Shown here one piece after another: positions 13,621-26,500 of a stretch of DNA of 64,000 bases. The notes beneath the pieces are model-generated. The model searched no databases and had not been told where the DNA came from. It saw only the letters and a program-made list of their open reading frames with translations. The number at the start of each line of letters is the position of its first letter. Within the stretch, counting starts at the first letter, position 1. Position numbers and translations under genes: made by a program. The stretch comes from Antedon mediterranea (Eukaryota; Animalia; Echinodermata): assembly GCF_964355755.1 (NCBI RefSeq), contig NC_092671.1, positions 1,054,001-1,118,000 on the forward strand. The letters are read 5' to 3'.

Positions 13621-16600
13621 TTTATACTGCGTGATAATGACAATGAAGATGAGCAAATAAAAAACTAATAAAATGAAAACGATCGTTTTTAGGTAAAATG
13701 GAATCACAGATGGGCAATCAATTGATGGATTTAGTTGTTGTCGATAGTGTTTTATGAACGTTTGGTGCTGATGAGTTAAATATTTCAAAATATAGCGAAT
13801 ATTAAAGATACAAGTGAATAGACCTATAACAATAGTTATAATAATGAAGGTATAACTTTAATTGCAATTTAAACAAAATGTACGATTACAAAAAATAAAA
13901 TAATTATTTTAATATTCATTGTGATGTAACCATGAGATGAGAACAAAATATATCAAATAAAAATGGAGAGAACATTGTAAACAGGCACCAAGTATGCAAT
14001 TATAACAAGCAATTTAACAACATATGCCATTAAGTTATAATTATGGATATCTGCTTTGACCGTATTAAACATTACAGTCATTATATTTGACCTCAAGCAG
14101 ATTGGCAAACGATGCTGCTGCTAAATGATGCATACATAAAAGTAGCATCAACACGTTTTACATGCATGCTTCCTTTTCTCTCATTTAAGCGTTTTTCCCA
14201 CTAGAACGCAACGCAGCGACGTATTGACGCAAAGTGCTGTATTGCGTAACGCTTGGTTCCCACTAGCGACGCAACGCAGCGACGTATCGACGCAAAGTGC
14301 TGTATTGCGTAATTACAAGTGGGAACCGACAGACACAATTGTGCTGCAAACATCGCAGGCACGAAGGCGGGGGTTTGAATGATTGGAAGAGCATTTTCTT
14401 ACGTTGCGTTACGTTGCGTATGATGCATATAGGCCAGTACGTTATTCACCAAATCCGTATTCATTATTATGACAATTAGTTATAATATTACAGTTAGGCC
14501 TATACTAACTTCAGACTCAAGTTACAATTAAATTTAAATATAAATAGCAGATTTACGATTATGAGACTCTAGGCTATACTGAAAACATTGGAAATGAAAC
14601 TAAATTGTACAAAATGTATTGTGTTGTCGTGGTTGTATATCCGTGTTCTCAGTGCATTTACAGACAAGCAGACAATGGACAGACACGCAGACAGGTATAA
14701 ATACAAATAAGTTTAATTTATTTTGTTCAAATACTCTTACAATGTTGTTATATTTTGTTAACGGTGGATGATTTTCATCGTGAATGAAAAATCGTACTCG
14801 CTTATAATTATATTAATATATGCAATCATTTAAAACGAAAACGAAAACGTAAATAGCTCTTTTAAATAGTTTGAATTCTTTCGCTAAAATACAGCATCTA
14901 TAATTCAACAATTCAAGTAAAAACAACACACGGATATATTCCTTTTACAAATCGTATTCATGTTTTCAAATTCAACTTGCCGTATAACACCATGATTCGC
15001 TTTATGATAATACACAACATCCCTTGGGGTATATTTCATATAAATTACCTTTTAGCTCTCTAACCAATTTAACAAACATCAAACGCACAGAAAAACGTTA
15101 TTTTGTGTAAAATATACATTAACCGTTAGCGATGCATTGCGCGTATTCTATGGTTACGTAATGTAAAACGATTGGTCCAAATTGTATACGCAATACTGTG
15201 ACAAGTATGTGAAATCACAATAGCAATGAGGCAATTAAGTATAAGTATGAACTTAAGGGGATAATGAGTAATAAGTAATCAACTAATGTTAACATTTTAT
15301 CGAATACCTAACTTACACACTACTGTACGGTGATGATGATGCATTATGGTTTTTACATTGTTCGTTACGGTTAACATATTTGTACTTCTATACGAGCAAA
15401 TAAATGCGAATAAATAGTAGTACTGTACTATATGTGCCAATATTATTGAACATACGGTTGGCTATACAAACATCAACGTGGCTACATTTGGTCAGGTTAA
15501 CCAGGGAGATGTAAAATAGGGTTAACAGATCACGCTAGTTTGCAAGAGGCGACACGTTTAATGTTCGGTGCTTTATGTCTCAGACAAGGCTATTTCCTTT
15601 GACAATTTAAAAAATTAAAAAAAAAATGCCAAAATATATTAATTTGAATTTTTAAAATGGCATATTTCGTAGGCGAACGACGATATGCGTGTATTTTAAA
15701 TATTTACACGTCACTAACAGGCAGTTGAACAACGCAAAAGTGTATACGCAACGCAAATTGACCAATCGTAAGCTACGACCATCCGAACGATTACTAGATT
15801 GGTCAGATTACGTACTTGCGCGCTTAGTTCGAACTACGTGTAGCGCCGCCACTTGTTAGCACCGTCACATGATTTGTATAAAACGTAAGTGGCCTAATTC
15901 TGAATAATTAACAGTTTATTATCCTAAAGTGCTGTCCACAAACATTGATGTACATATTGCTAAACAAAAAGCTCATGGGAAGATTCACAATTACAATTAC
16001 TACTTTTCTATATTCAAGGATATATCTCGGCTTGTTGCTATTAAAATCATTGAATAAATTACACGCTTCGATTAGCATTACTTATTTCATATTAATGAAA
16101 CACTCCTGATATTGAGCAGCCTCGTTAAACCTAGTTTTTATATCATATTTGTGTATGCCATCACAATAAAATTAGGGATCATATTCTACTGCAGTTACTG
16201 CAGTAACTACAATGTGTTAGTACTTTTTAACCCGCTTTGCAATATTTAGCATCCACTTTTTTGGTTCTATCTCATGAATTCTACTTTTCAACAAATTAAT
16301 TGCAGTAAAACAATATAATTATTGCAGTAGAGTAATTTTAAAATGGTCCCTCAATTTAATCCATCCAATTTTTATACTTAAGCAGTGTTAAGTTTATGTT
16401 TTATTTACAACCTTGATTTAAAAGGAAGCATTGTGCTAAAACTAGAAGAAAATTGCACAAATTGCAAAAAAAATTGAAATATAAAAGTATTAAGGAAAAT
16501 AGAAGATATTTACAAAATTAATTTAAACATTTCACCAATAACAACAAAAACGACCATAAAACACCCAAAATGAAACAGAAATACTAAGCAAATGCAGGCA

Positions 16601-17585
16601 AACATTAGAGAAATTATTAATCAGAAAGTTGGACCTTGCAATACTGTATATATATAAAAAAAACGGACTCAACTTGAAAAATGTAGTTTAAGAAAACCAA
16701 ATCAATCATATTGTAAATAATTTACAATAACCTCTATTTGCTGATTGCCAGAAGCTAAGAACCTTTGGCAAGCATCGCTTTCCCATAGTTTAAAAAACAA
16801 GACAGAAAACAAACAAACAGTGTTGATTTTATAAGACTGTAAACAACTAAGAAACATACCCCATTCTCCATGCTCACACCAAAATACACCTTAGTAACTA
16901 AATATCACGAAAGACTGAAAATAAAATCTGGATAAAATAAATAACTATAATTATTATAAATTATACTAACATTTATATTGAAACCTAACATTGTAACCAG
17001 TTGTTGGTTGTCAAAAATTAATAATACAATAATCTTTGATCCATTTTAACATAAGTTCTCTAATGGTTTATAATTTATGATTTTTACCTAAGTACTACCA
17101 AGGCAATCTTACAACATGACACTGAGCTCGCCTTACCAAGATAGGAACTCATAACAGCCCTTTGATCTTATGTCAGGCTGCGACAAATACCAACAGTACT
17201 GTACTATGTACATATTCTCTGCGACGTGCAGTGCCTGTTAAGAGGCATGGAACTGACGGTGTCGCAGCCACAGATAGACCCTTTCATCTCCAGAGCTCAG
17301 CATCCTGTTGTTAGATTTCCTTGGTAGTGCAGTACATTGAAACCACATGAAATTGTTTTCACAAAAATCGTTGAAAGGGTCTAATTCTATTCAGCAAGGA
17401 GATATCTGTCTTTTGAATATTTTAATACTTTTATTTTATATCTTTTGTAAACTAATACCCACTTGAGGTGCAAAGCCGCATAAGTCCTGTTTCTACTACT
17501 TGGTCTATTTTCACCAAAATATATAGAATCTAATAATTTGAGTAAGACAACTTCTGTATTTGGATTAATGATCTTTTACAATGGA

Positions 17586-20500
17586 TTAGTTCATTTGAGA
17601 AAAGAACCATTCTCGTATTATTCTTTTATTCTTCGTCAACCATTTTACATTTATTTCCATTTTTTCTAAAGCTTTACTGATCTCACGCGTTCCTGAACCA
17701 GCATCAGAATGATCGTCAAAGAATTGTTTTGCCTGTGAAATAAGAAAAACAACTGAAATAACACCTGTTTTTGTATGCAAATCCGACATGAACACCTGTA
17801 CAGTACTTATATTTCAGTTTGTTACAATAAAGCTTTTAAAACAAATCAGCCCATTGAGGGCATCAATCACAATATGGAATGTTCCATTGAAAAAATGTTG
17901 CCAACAATCAATAAACAACTCACAATATGGAACACATTTCTGATCACATAAAATAAGTGATGTTCCATTGAAAAAATTTGGGATAAAAAATTGAACTATT
18001 CCATTGAAAGGGTGTGGGATAGCTCAGTAAAACACTAAAATATCAGTCAGTGGATGGCAAACAAAGTAAGATCCAACATTCTGCAGTGGGTCATTTAGAT
18101 ATTGAATTGAGAATACAATGGTAGGAGATCTAGTTCCTCTATAACTCTGATTTTGACATCATATAAGATCTGTAAATGAAACATCCTCCAAAAACATGAA
18201 TCATCCCTGTCTATGCTATCAAACTTTATGTGATGACATCATATCACTACCATATTTGATGGAACATTACACTTTTTTTGTCAAACTAGTTTGGCAGTGT
18301 AGACAGACCTTAAAAGAAGACGACTATCTGACATAAGAATGCTGTAAAGCTTTCATATATTGTATTTACAGGCAGTTTTCCTAGCTAAATTTTAAGGTAT
18401 CAGTTCTAGATGTCTTGAATATAAGTTTACTGTTTATTTTCATAATGTTATACTATGATTTTTTATTTTCATTTATTAAAGTGAACATAAACAGCACTCT
18501 ATTAGCTTTTATTTAAACACAGAACTCAAAGCAGCCATGTTTGCCAACTAACTACCATGAATGATTCAAGGACCATAAGCAGCCATGTTTGCCAACTAAC
18601 TACCATGAATGATTCAAGGACCATAAGCAGTCATGTTTGCCAACTAACTACCATGAATGATTCAAGGACCATAAGCAGCCATGTTTGCCAACTAACTACC
18701 ATGAATGATTCAAGGACCATAAGCAGCCATGTTTGCCAACTAACTACCATGAATGATTCAAGGACTATAAGCAGCCATGTTTGCCAACTAACTACCATGA
18801 ATGATTCAAGGACCATAAGCAGCCATGTTTGCCAACTAACTACCATGAATGATTCAAGGACCATAAGCAGCCATGTTTGCCAACTAACTACCATGAATGA
18901 TTCAAGGACCATAAGCAGTCATGTTTGCCAACTAACTACCATGAATGATTCAAGGACCATAAGCAGCCATGTTTGCCAACTAACTACCATGAATGATTCA
19001 AGGACCATAAGCAGTCATGTTTGCCAACTAACTACCATGAATGATTCAAGGACCATAAGCAGTCATGTTTGCCAACTACCATGAATGATTCAAGGACCAT
19101 AAGCAGTCATGTTTGCCAACTACCATGAATGATTCAAGGACCATAAGCAGTCATGTTTGCCAACTAACTACCATGAATGATTCAAGGACCATAAGCAGTC
19201 ATGTTTGCCAACTAACTACCATGAATGATTCAAGGACCATAAGCAGCCATGTTTGCCAACTAACTACCATGAATGATTCAAGGACCATAAGCAGTCATGT
19301 TTGCCAACTAACTACCATGAATGATTCAAGGACCATAAGCAGTCATGTTTGCCAACTAACTACCATGAATGATTCAAGGACCATAAGCAGCCATGTTTGC
19401 CAACTAACTACCATGAATGATTCAAGGACCATAAGCAGCCATGTTTGCCAACTAACTACCATGAATGATTCAAGGACCATAAGCAGCCATGTTTGCCAAC
19501 TAACTACCATGAATGATTCAAGGACCATAAGCAGTCATGTTTGCCAACTAACTACCATGAATGATTCAAGGACCATAAGCAGCCATGTTTGCCAACTAAC
19601 TACCATGAATGATTCAAGGACCATAAGCAGTCATGTTTGCCAACTAACTACCATGAATGATTCAAGGACCATAAGCAGTCATGTTTGCCAACTACCATGA
19701 ATGATTCAAGGACCATAAGCAGTCATGTTTGCCAACTACCATGAATGATTCAAGGACCATAAGCAGTCATGTTTGCCAACTAACTACCATGAATGATTCA
19801 AGGACCATAAGCAGTCATGTTTGCCAACTAACTACCATGAATGATTCAAGGACCATAAGCAGCCATGTTTGCCAACTAACTACCATGAATGATTCAAGGA
19901 CCATAAGCAGCCATGTTTGCCAACTAACTACCATGAATGATTCAAGGACTATAAGCAGCCATGTTTGCCAACTAACTACCATGAATGATTCAAGGACCAT
20001 AAGCAGCCATGTTTGCCAACTAACTACCATGAATGATTCAAGGACCATAAGCAGCCATGTTTGCCAACTAACTACCATGAATGATTCAAGGACCATAAGC
20101 AGCCATGTTTGCCAACTAACTACCATGAATGATTCAAGGACCATAAGCAGCCATGTTTGCCAACTAACTACCATGAATGATTCAAGGACCATAAGCAGCC
20201 ATGTTTGCCAACTAACTACCATGAATGATTCAAGGACCATAAGCAGCCATGTTTGCCAACTAACTACCATGAATGATTCAAGGACCATAAGCAGCCATGT
20301 TTGCCAACTAGCTACCATGAATGATTCAAGGACCATAAGCTCTTAATGTGCAACAACTTAAGTGCCGTTAGTTATCATAATGGAGCTAAAGACAAAAGAC
20401 AACAGGATACATATGTTGTCAGTTAGTTTATAGTAACATTAAGGTCTTTAAGTAGAAACATGTGGAGTTAAACAACAAATTATAACATTTAAAATACAAT

Positions 20501-23500
20501 CATTATCTTTTAAGTAAGTAAATCTTCTAATTGTAGTCCTAAATGTGTTTAAATGAGAACTCAAGGTCCAACTAAATGTGGTGAAAATCGTCATTTTCAT
20601 TTGCTAAAATTAAGTTGCTATCATGGTGGATTTAATCACAGAATGAAGCCTGAACTCACTCATTCCTTCACTCACCACCATTCCTTATATATTATCCTAT
20701 ATGCTACCAGGATTGTCCTGTGCTGTTTTCTTTATTGTGATCTCCACAACTTTTAAAATCTAGATGTACAGTATTTGGAAAAAAATATCAACTTTACATA
20801 CCTCTCTATATTCAATGTTACTTGCTATGCTGGATGTACAACTGCTAATGATATTTCCAAAACTAAACGATGTAGAACCAAGCCTGTAGAAAAAAAAACA
20901 GAAAGTTAATAATCTACTCAATTAAAAACCACATTTACTATGGCCTCTATTTAGAAGAAAATTCTTACTTTTGTAAGAACGTGTCCCAATTTTCCATAAG
21001 GAATAGCCAAGCTGGTCGTGCTCCAATTGGATTAGCAGCAACAGATCCAATAACTTGTCCTATGTCTTGCAAACGTACAGAATCATCAAACACACTGTCC
21101 AAATACCTGAAAAACATACATTGTTCACAATATTAAGTACATCTGATCCTAAGAGAACTTGGTATCTTTGTATTCATATTGTTACCAGAAAGCATAGGCA
21201 AGTTTCAGTTCTAACCTAAAGTACCAGTAGGAACTATTTGTATACTATAAAACTAATAATATAAATTGTAAAGTGTTGTAATAGAGTATCAAAATGATTT
21301 TATTGAGAAAAAATGCAAATGAAAGCTGAGTGGCGAGTATCACAGAGTCAGAAAAGGGGAAGTGGATAGAAATGGATGGTGTATAGAAGGTTATTGAACA
21401 TCTACACCATGTAGTACTTCCAACATTTCTATTTCAGGTTTGCATGCCGTTCGTTACACCTGCTAACACATATGCAAATTGCCTCTACATATTGATCCAT
21501 AGAGTTTAGTTGTAAAGATATATATAATTGATATAATAATAATCTCATCTCATCTCATAGCCTATTTCAACCACTGCTGTGTGAAGGCCTCCTCCAGCTG
21601 TTTCCATTTAGTTCTGTTTCTTGCCGATCTTTCCCATGTTGCCGTTTCCATGTACGTTGTTATGTCGTCACGCCATCTTCTTTTTTGCCGTCCTCTTCTT
21701 CTTCTCCCTGTCCTCGGCTGCCATTCATTCAATCTCTTCGTCCATCTGTTGTCGTCTCTTCTGGCTATGTGTCCTGCCCATCTCCATTTCAATTCTTTGA
21801 TCTTTACCATGATGTCAATGCGCCTTGAGCACTCTGGAGTGGTATGTGCGCTATAAAAATCTTATTATTATTATTATTATTTGACTTTTGTTCTTTTCCG
21901 TATCTCACTATGCTTTACTCTGTCTCGTATTGATAGATTTACCATTTTTCTTTCCATCGCTCTTTGTGTTGTTATCAATTTTTGTTCCATCTCTTTCGTT
22001 GTTGCCCATGTCTCTGCCCCATAAACTATAGTTGTTAGAACACATTGATTGTACACCTTGCTTCTTAGTGACATGGGAATGTCTTGGTCGGTCAGGATAT
22101 GCTTGTGCATCCCGAACCTTCTCCAACCTGCTTTTACACGTATTAATATCTCCTCCTCTGTGGTGTTGACCATTTTCAAGGTCTGCCCCAGGTGTTTGTA
22201 TTTGTCAACTTTCCCAATCTGGTGATTGTCTATTGTTATGGTCTCTTGAGTCAAGAATAATAATAATAATTATCTACCTATTTATAATTGATATATCTCT
22301 GGTACATCCCAATGCTGACATGATAACTGTTTTTTCAGAGACCACTTTCGTTTTCTGATATCTATCCCAGAGAAATTCCCAGTCAGATTCAAAACCGTTC
22401 CGGGCCGCTGCACAATACACTGGGTATTTCAGATTGACATCAAACCTGCCAGAAGAGACATTCATTAGATTTGACATCAAATATTGTTTAAAATTATAAA
22501 AAATAATGGAATAAAAATGAAAGATATAAATAAATTATTAAAGTGAACATGAATGTGGATTATTATCATTTAAATTGTGGTATTGCAGAATGACCAGAGG
22601 GTGCCCATCAATGTAACAGTATTTGATTCTGATTGCTATCAATATCTAGGCCAGATCAAATACAGTTGTGCAATATTGTAGGATTTTTTAGTACATAACA
22701 ATGAACACTTGTTATTTAAATCTTAACATTTTGCAATATTGTGAGGTTTAAGTAAAATGAATGACTTGGCATAAAATGAAGTTGATCATAGACTTCATTT
22801 AATGTCTACTTCCCTCATGTCTAAATGATTTAAACATCTATCTGCCTTGAAAGCATGTCATATAACACTTTGTAATATAAGTATTTTGATGTAGTAATGC
22901 TATTATTATGAGATGTATTAATGAATATCCAAGTTATTATAATATAATGTTACATTATTTAATGTAATAACATTGATTAATGTAACATCAGGTAAAACTC
23001 ACATGCATTAAATTTGGTTTAAAAGCTAAAATGCACAGATAAAAAGATATATTAATCTTTAATCTGTGTAGCACAATACAATTGTTCTGCGTATAATGCA
23101 AACAAAATCACATTTTGAGAACAACAAAAGCCAAAACAATCAAAGTCACTTTAGAATTTGTCTAGGTACGGGTTACAAATTTCATGGATAACTTATTTCT
23201 CCATGAAACGGAAACCTCCAGCAGAACTGTGACATCATGCTATATTAGAGACTTTATTGGCAGAACATTCAGTTATACTTACGACATATTATTATTTTTC
23301 CAGTCATTGAATATATCAATGGCTTCAGCAATAGCGGATTCATGGCCTAGTTCAACAGCTAAAGAGAGGACACTGACACGTAGGAATCTGTGACACATTC
23401 AGAAAAAAAGGCAACAATAAGCAAAACAAATGAATTGTATCAGGTTCTTTACAGTCTCTCTTGCAATCATTCATTACTATGCAGTTTTGTTCTTGTTATC

Positions 23501-26500
23501 TCCAACTAGTTGGTTTGGTTTAACTTGTGTATGTATGTTGGATAAAAAACAAAAAACAAACACAGTTTGAATTTTGACAATGAAAAAACAAACTGGAGTG
23601 TACTTCTTCATAGCAAATATTTATCATTACTAATCTAAGAGATTTAAGAGTTGTATATGATATTGTTCGACTGGTTACAAATTTTGTCTCATCAGCAATA
23701 TTCCATTATACTGTATACTATACTGTACATTTTTTCATTGTTCAGATGTTAAAAGTTGAATTAAAGTTTAGTGTGGCCAAGGAGTAAATGTATCTTACTT
23801 AGTAAGATGTGAGTCTATAAATACTATATCAGATGTAACAAGTTGAATTAAGGTTTAGTATGGCCAAAGAGTAAATGTATCTTACTTAGTAAGATGTGAG
23901 TCTACAAATACTATATCAGATGTAACAAGTTGAATTAAGGTTTAGTGAGGCCAAAGAGTAAATGTATCTTACTTAGTAAGATGTGAGTCTACAAATACTA
24001 TATCAGATGTAACAAGTTGAATTAAGGTTTAGTGAGGCCAAGGAGTAAATGTATCTTACTTGGTAAGATGCGAGTCTACAAATACTATATCAGATGTAAC
24101 AAGTTGAATTAAGGTTTAGTATGGCCAAAGAGTAAATGTATCTTACTTAGTAAGATGTGAGTCTACAAATACTATATCAGATGTAACAAGTTGAATTAAG
24201 GTTTAGTGTGGCCAAAGAGTAAATGTATCTTACTTGGTAAGATGTGAGTCTATAAATACTATATCAGATGTAACAAGTTGAATTAAGGTTTAGTATGGCC
24301 AAAGAGTAAATGTATCTTACTTAGTAAGATGTGAGTCTACAAATACTATATCAGATGTAACAAGTTGAATTAAGGTTTAGTGTGACCATGGAGTAAATGT
24401 ATCTTACTTAGTAAGATGTGAGTCTACAAATACTATATCAGATGTAACAAGTTGAATTAAGGTTTAGTGTGGCCAAGGAGTAAATGTATCTTACTTGGTA
24501 AGATGCGAGTCTACAAATACTATATCAGATGTAACAAGTTGAATTAAGGTTTAGTGTGACCATGGAGTAAATGTATCTTACTTAGTAAGATGTGAGTCTA
24601 CAAATACTATATCAGATGTAACAAGTTGAATTAAGGTTTAGTGTGACCATGGAGTAAATGTATCTTACTTAAGAAGATGTGAGTCTACAAATACTATATC
24701 AGATGTAACAAGTTGAATTAAGGTTTAGTGTGGCCAAAGAGTAAATGTATCTTACTTAGTAAGATGTGAGTCTACAAATACTATATCAGATGTAACAAGT
24801 TGAATTAAGGTTTAGTGTGGCCAAAGAGTAAATGTATCTTACTTAGTAAGATGTGAGTCTACAAATACTATATCAGATGTAACAAGTTGAATTAAGGTTT
24901 AGTATGGCCAAAGAGTAAATGTATCTTACTTAGTAAGATGTGAGTCTACAAATACTATATCAGATGTAACAAGTTGAATTAAAGTTGAGTGTGACCATGG
25001 AGTAAATGTATCTTACTTTGTAAGATGTGAGTCTACAAATACTATATCAGATGTAACAAGTTGAATTAAGGTTTAGTGTGGCCAAAGAGTAAATGTATCT
25101 TACTTAGTAAGATGTGAGTCTACAAATACTATATCAGATGTAACAAGTTGAATTAAAGTTTAGTGTGACCATGGAGTAAATGTATCTTACTTAGTAAGAT
25201 GTGAGTCTACAAATACTATATCAGATGTAACAAGTTGAATTAAGGTTTAGTGTGGCCAAAGAGTAAATGTATCTTACTTAGTAAGATGTGAGTCTATAAA
25301 TACTATATCAGATGTAACAAGTTGAATTAAAGTTTAGTGTGACCATGGAGTAAATGTATCTTACTTTGTAAGATGTGAGTCTTCTTTAGTTTCATTCCAG
25401 TTTAATTTATTTTTCCATGTTGTAAGTATCTGCCACATATATTTCTAAAAAACAAAATAAATTGATTATTTCCACTTTTGCATCAAATTTCCTGAGAATT
25501 AAATAAATTATCATTAGACAAACTTTTATTAATCATTGAAAGCCTAGATATATTTTTTCTTACAATTTTTCCCATTTTATAGTCCAAATTTCACATTATA
25601 TTGTTAAAAGATTTCATGAATTTTCAACTTAAATAAAAAATATCTAAAGGACCATTAAAAAATATATAAATTTACAGGCATAGAGAAACCCTCAACTACC
25701 TGGTGATAATAGAAATTATAAGTATTTTATAAATGTTGAATTTTAAACAAATCTCATAAATGTAAAGCTCTGTCTACATTATCAAAAATTTTATAAAAAA
25801 GAGTGATGTGCCCAACTATACTTTATTTATTTATTTATTGCACAACCAACAGTGTAAATACCAATTACAGGATGAAAATATACATATACATTTTTGTTGT
25901 TGTGTAACATAGAATACATCAACAACACACAACCTGAACACACATACCCTGTATAGGTTATAGTCTCCAGTTTTCTGCAACATCACACCAATGTATCGGA
26001 ATCTAGAAAGAAGCGTGGTTATGGGAACGTAATCTTCGTCTTTGGCAATGTAACTACCAAGGTTTAGTGTAATACTGTAGTCTAACATACCAGCTCTATA
26101 GGTAAAATGATAAATAAACAACTCATTATTTAGTAATGAGGTATGGTAATTTATACATTTTTGCTAAATAATTTTTTGTAATCTGTATTTTTCATTATTA
26201 TAAAATTTCCAAAGTGCCTAAAACTTTTTATAAAGTTAATATGAAATCTACTAAAATAGTGGTACTCATTTATACTCCTTGTTCAATAAATATTGCCCAA
26301 AATGAAAGAAAAAGAAAAAATATGAAACAAGTTTAAAAACATTTGGATAATCAGCCACCTTCAATTAGAAAACACCTTCTTCATAATTTGAGAGTACCGT
26401 CAATATTTTGCTTTAACATATTTGTTATGGTATTTGAAAAAGTGCGAAACCTCCCTAAAGAGAGTGCAAAACCTCCCTAGCACGCAACGCAACTGACACA

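Noticed and set aside
665-14479. Short 60-110 aa ORFs in the first 15 kb
   Set aside because: No recognisable domains, AT-rich codon noise, and several overlap MITEs.
18557-20346. Long repetitive ORFs ([16 protein letters not shown])n and their antisense
   Set aside because: By-product of a 48-bp intronic minisatellite; frames shift at 4-bp deletions and there are no splice or start signals.
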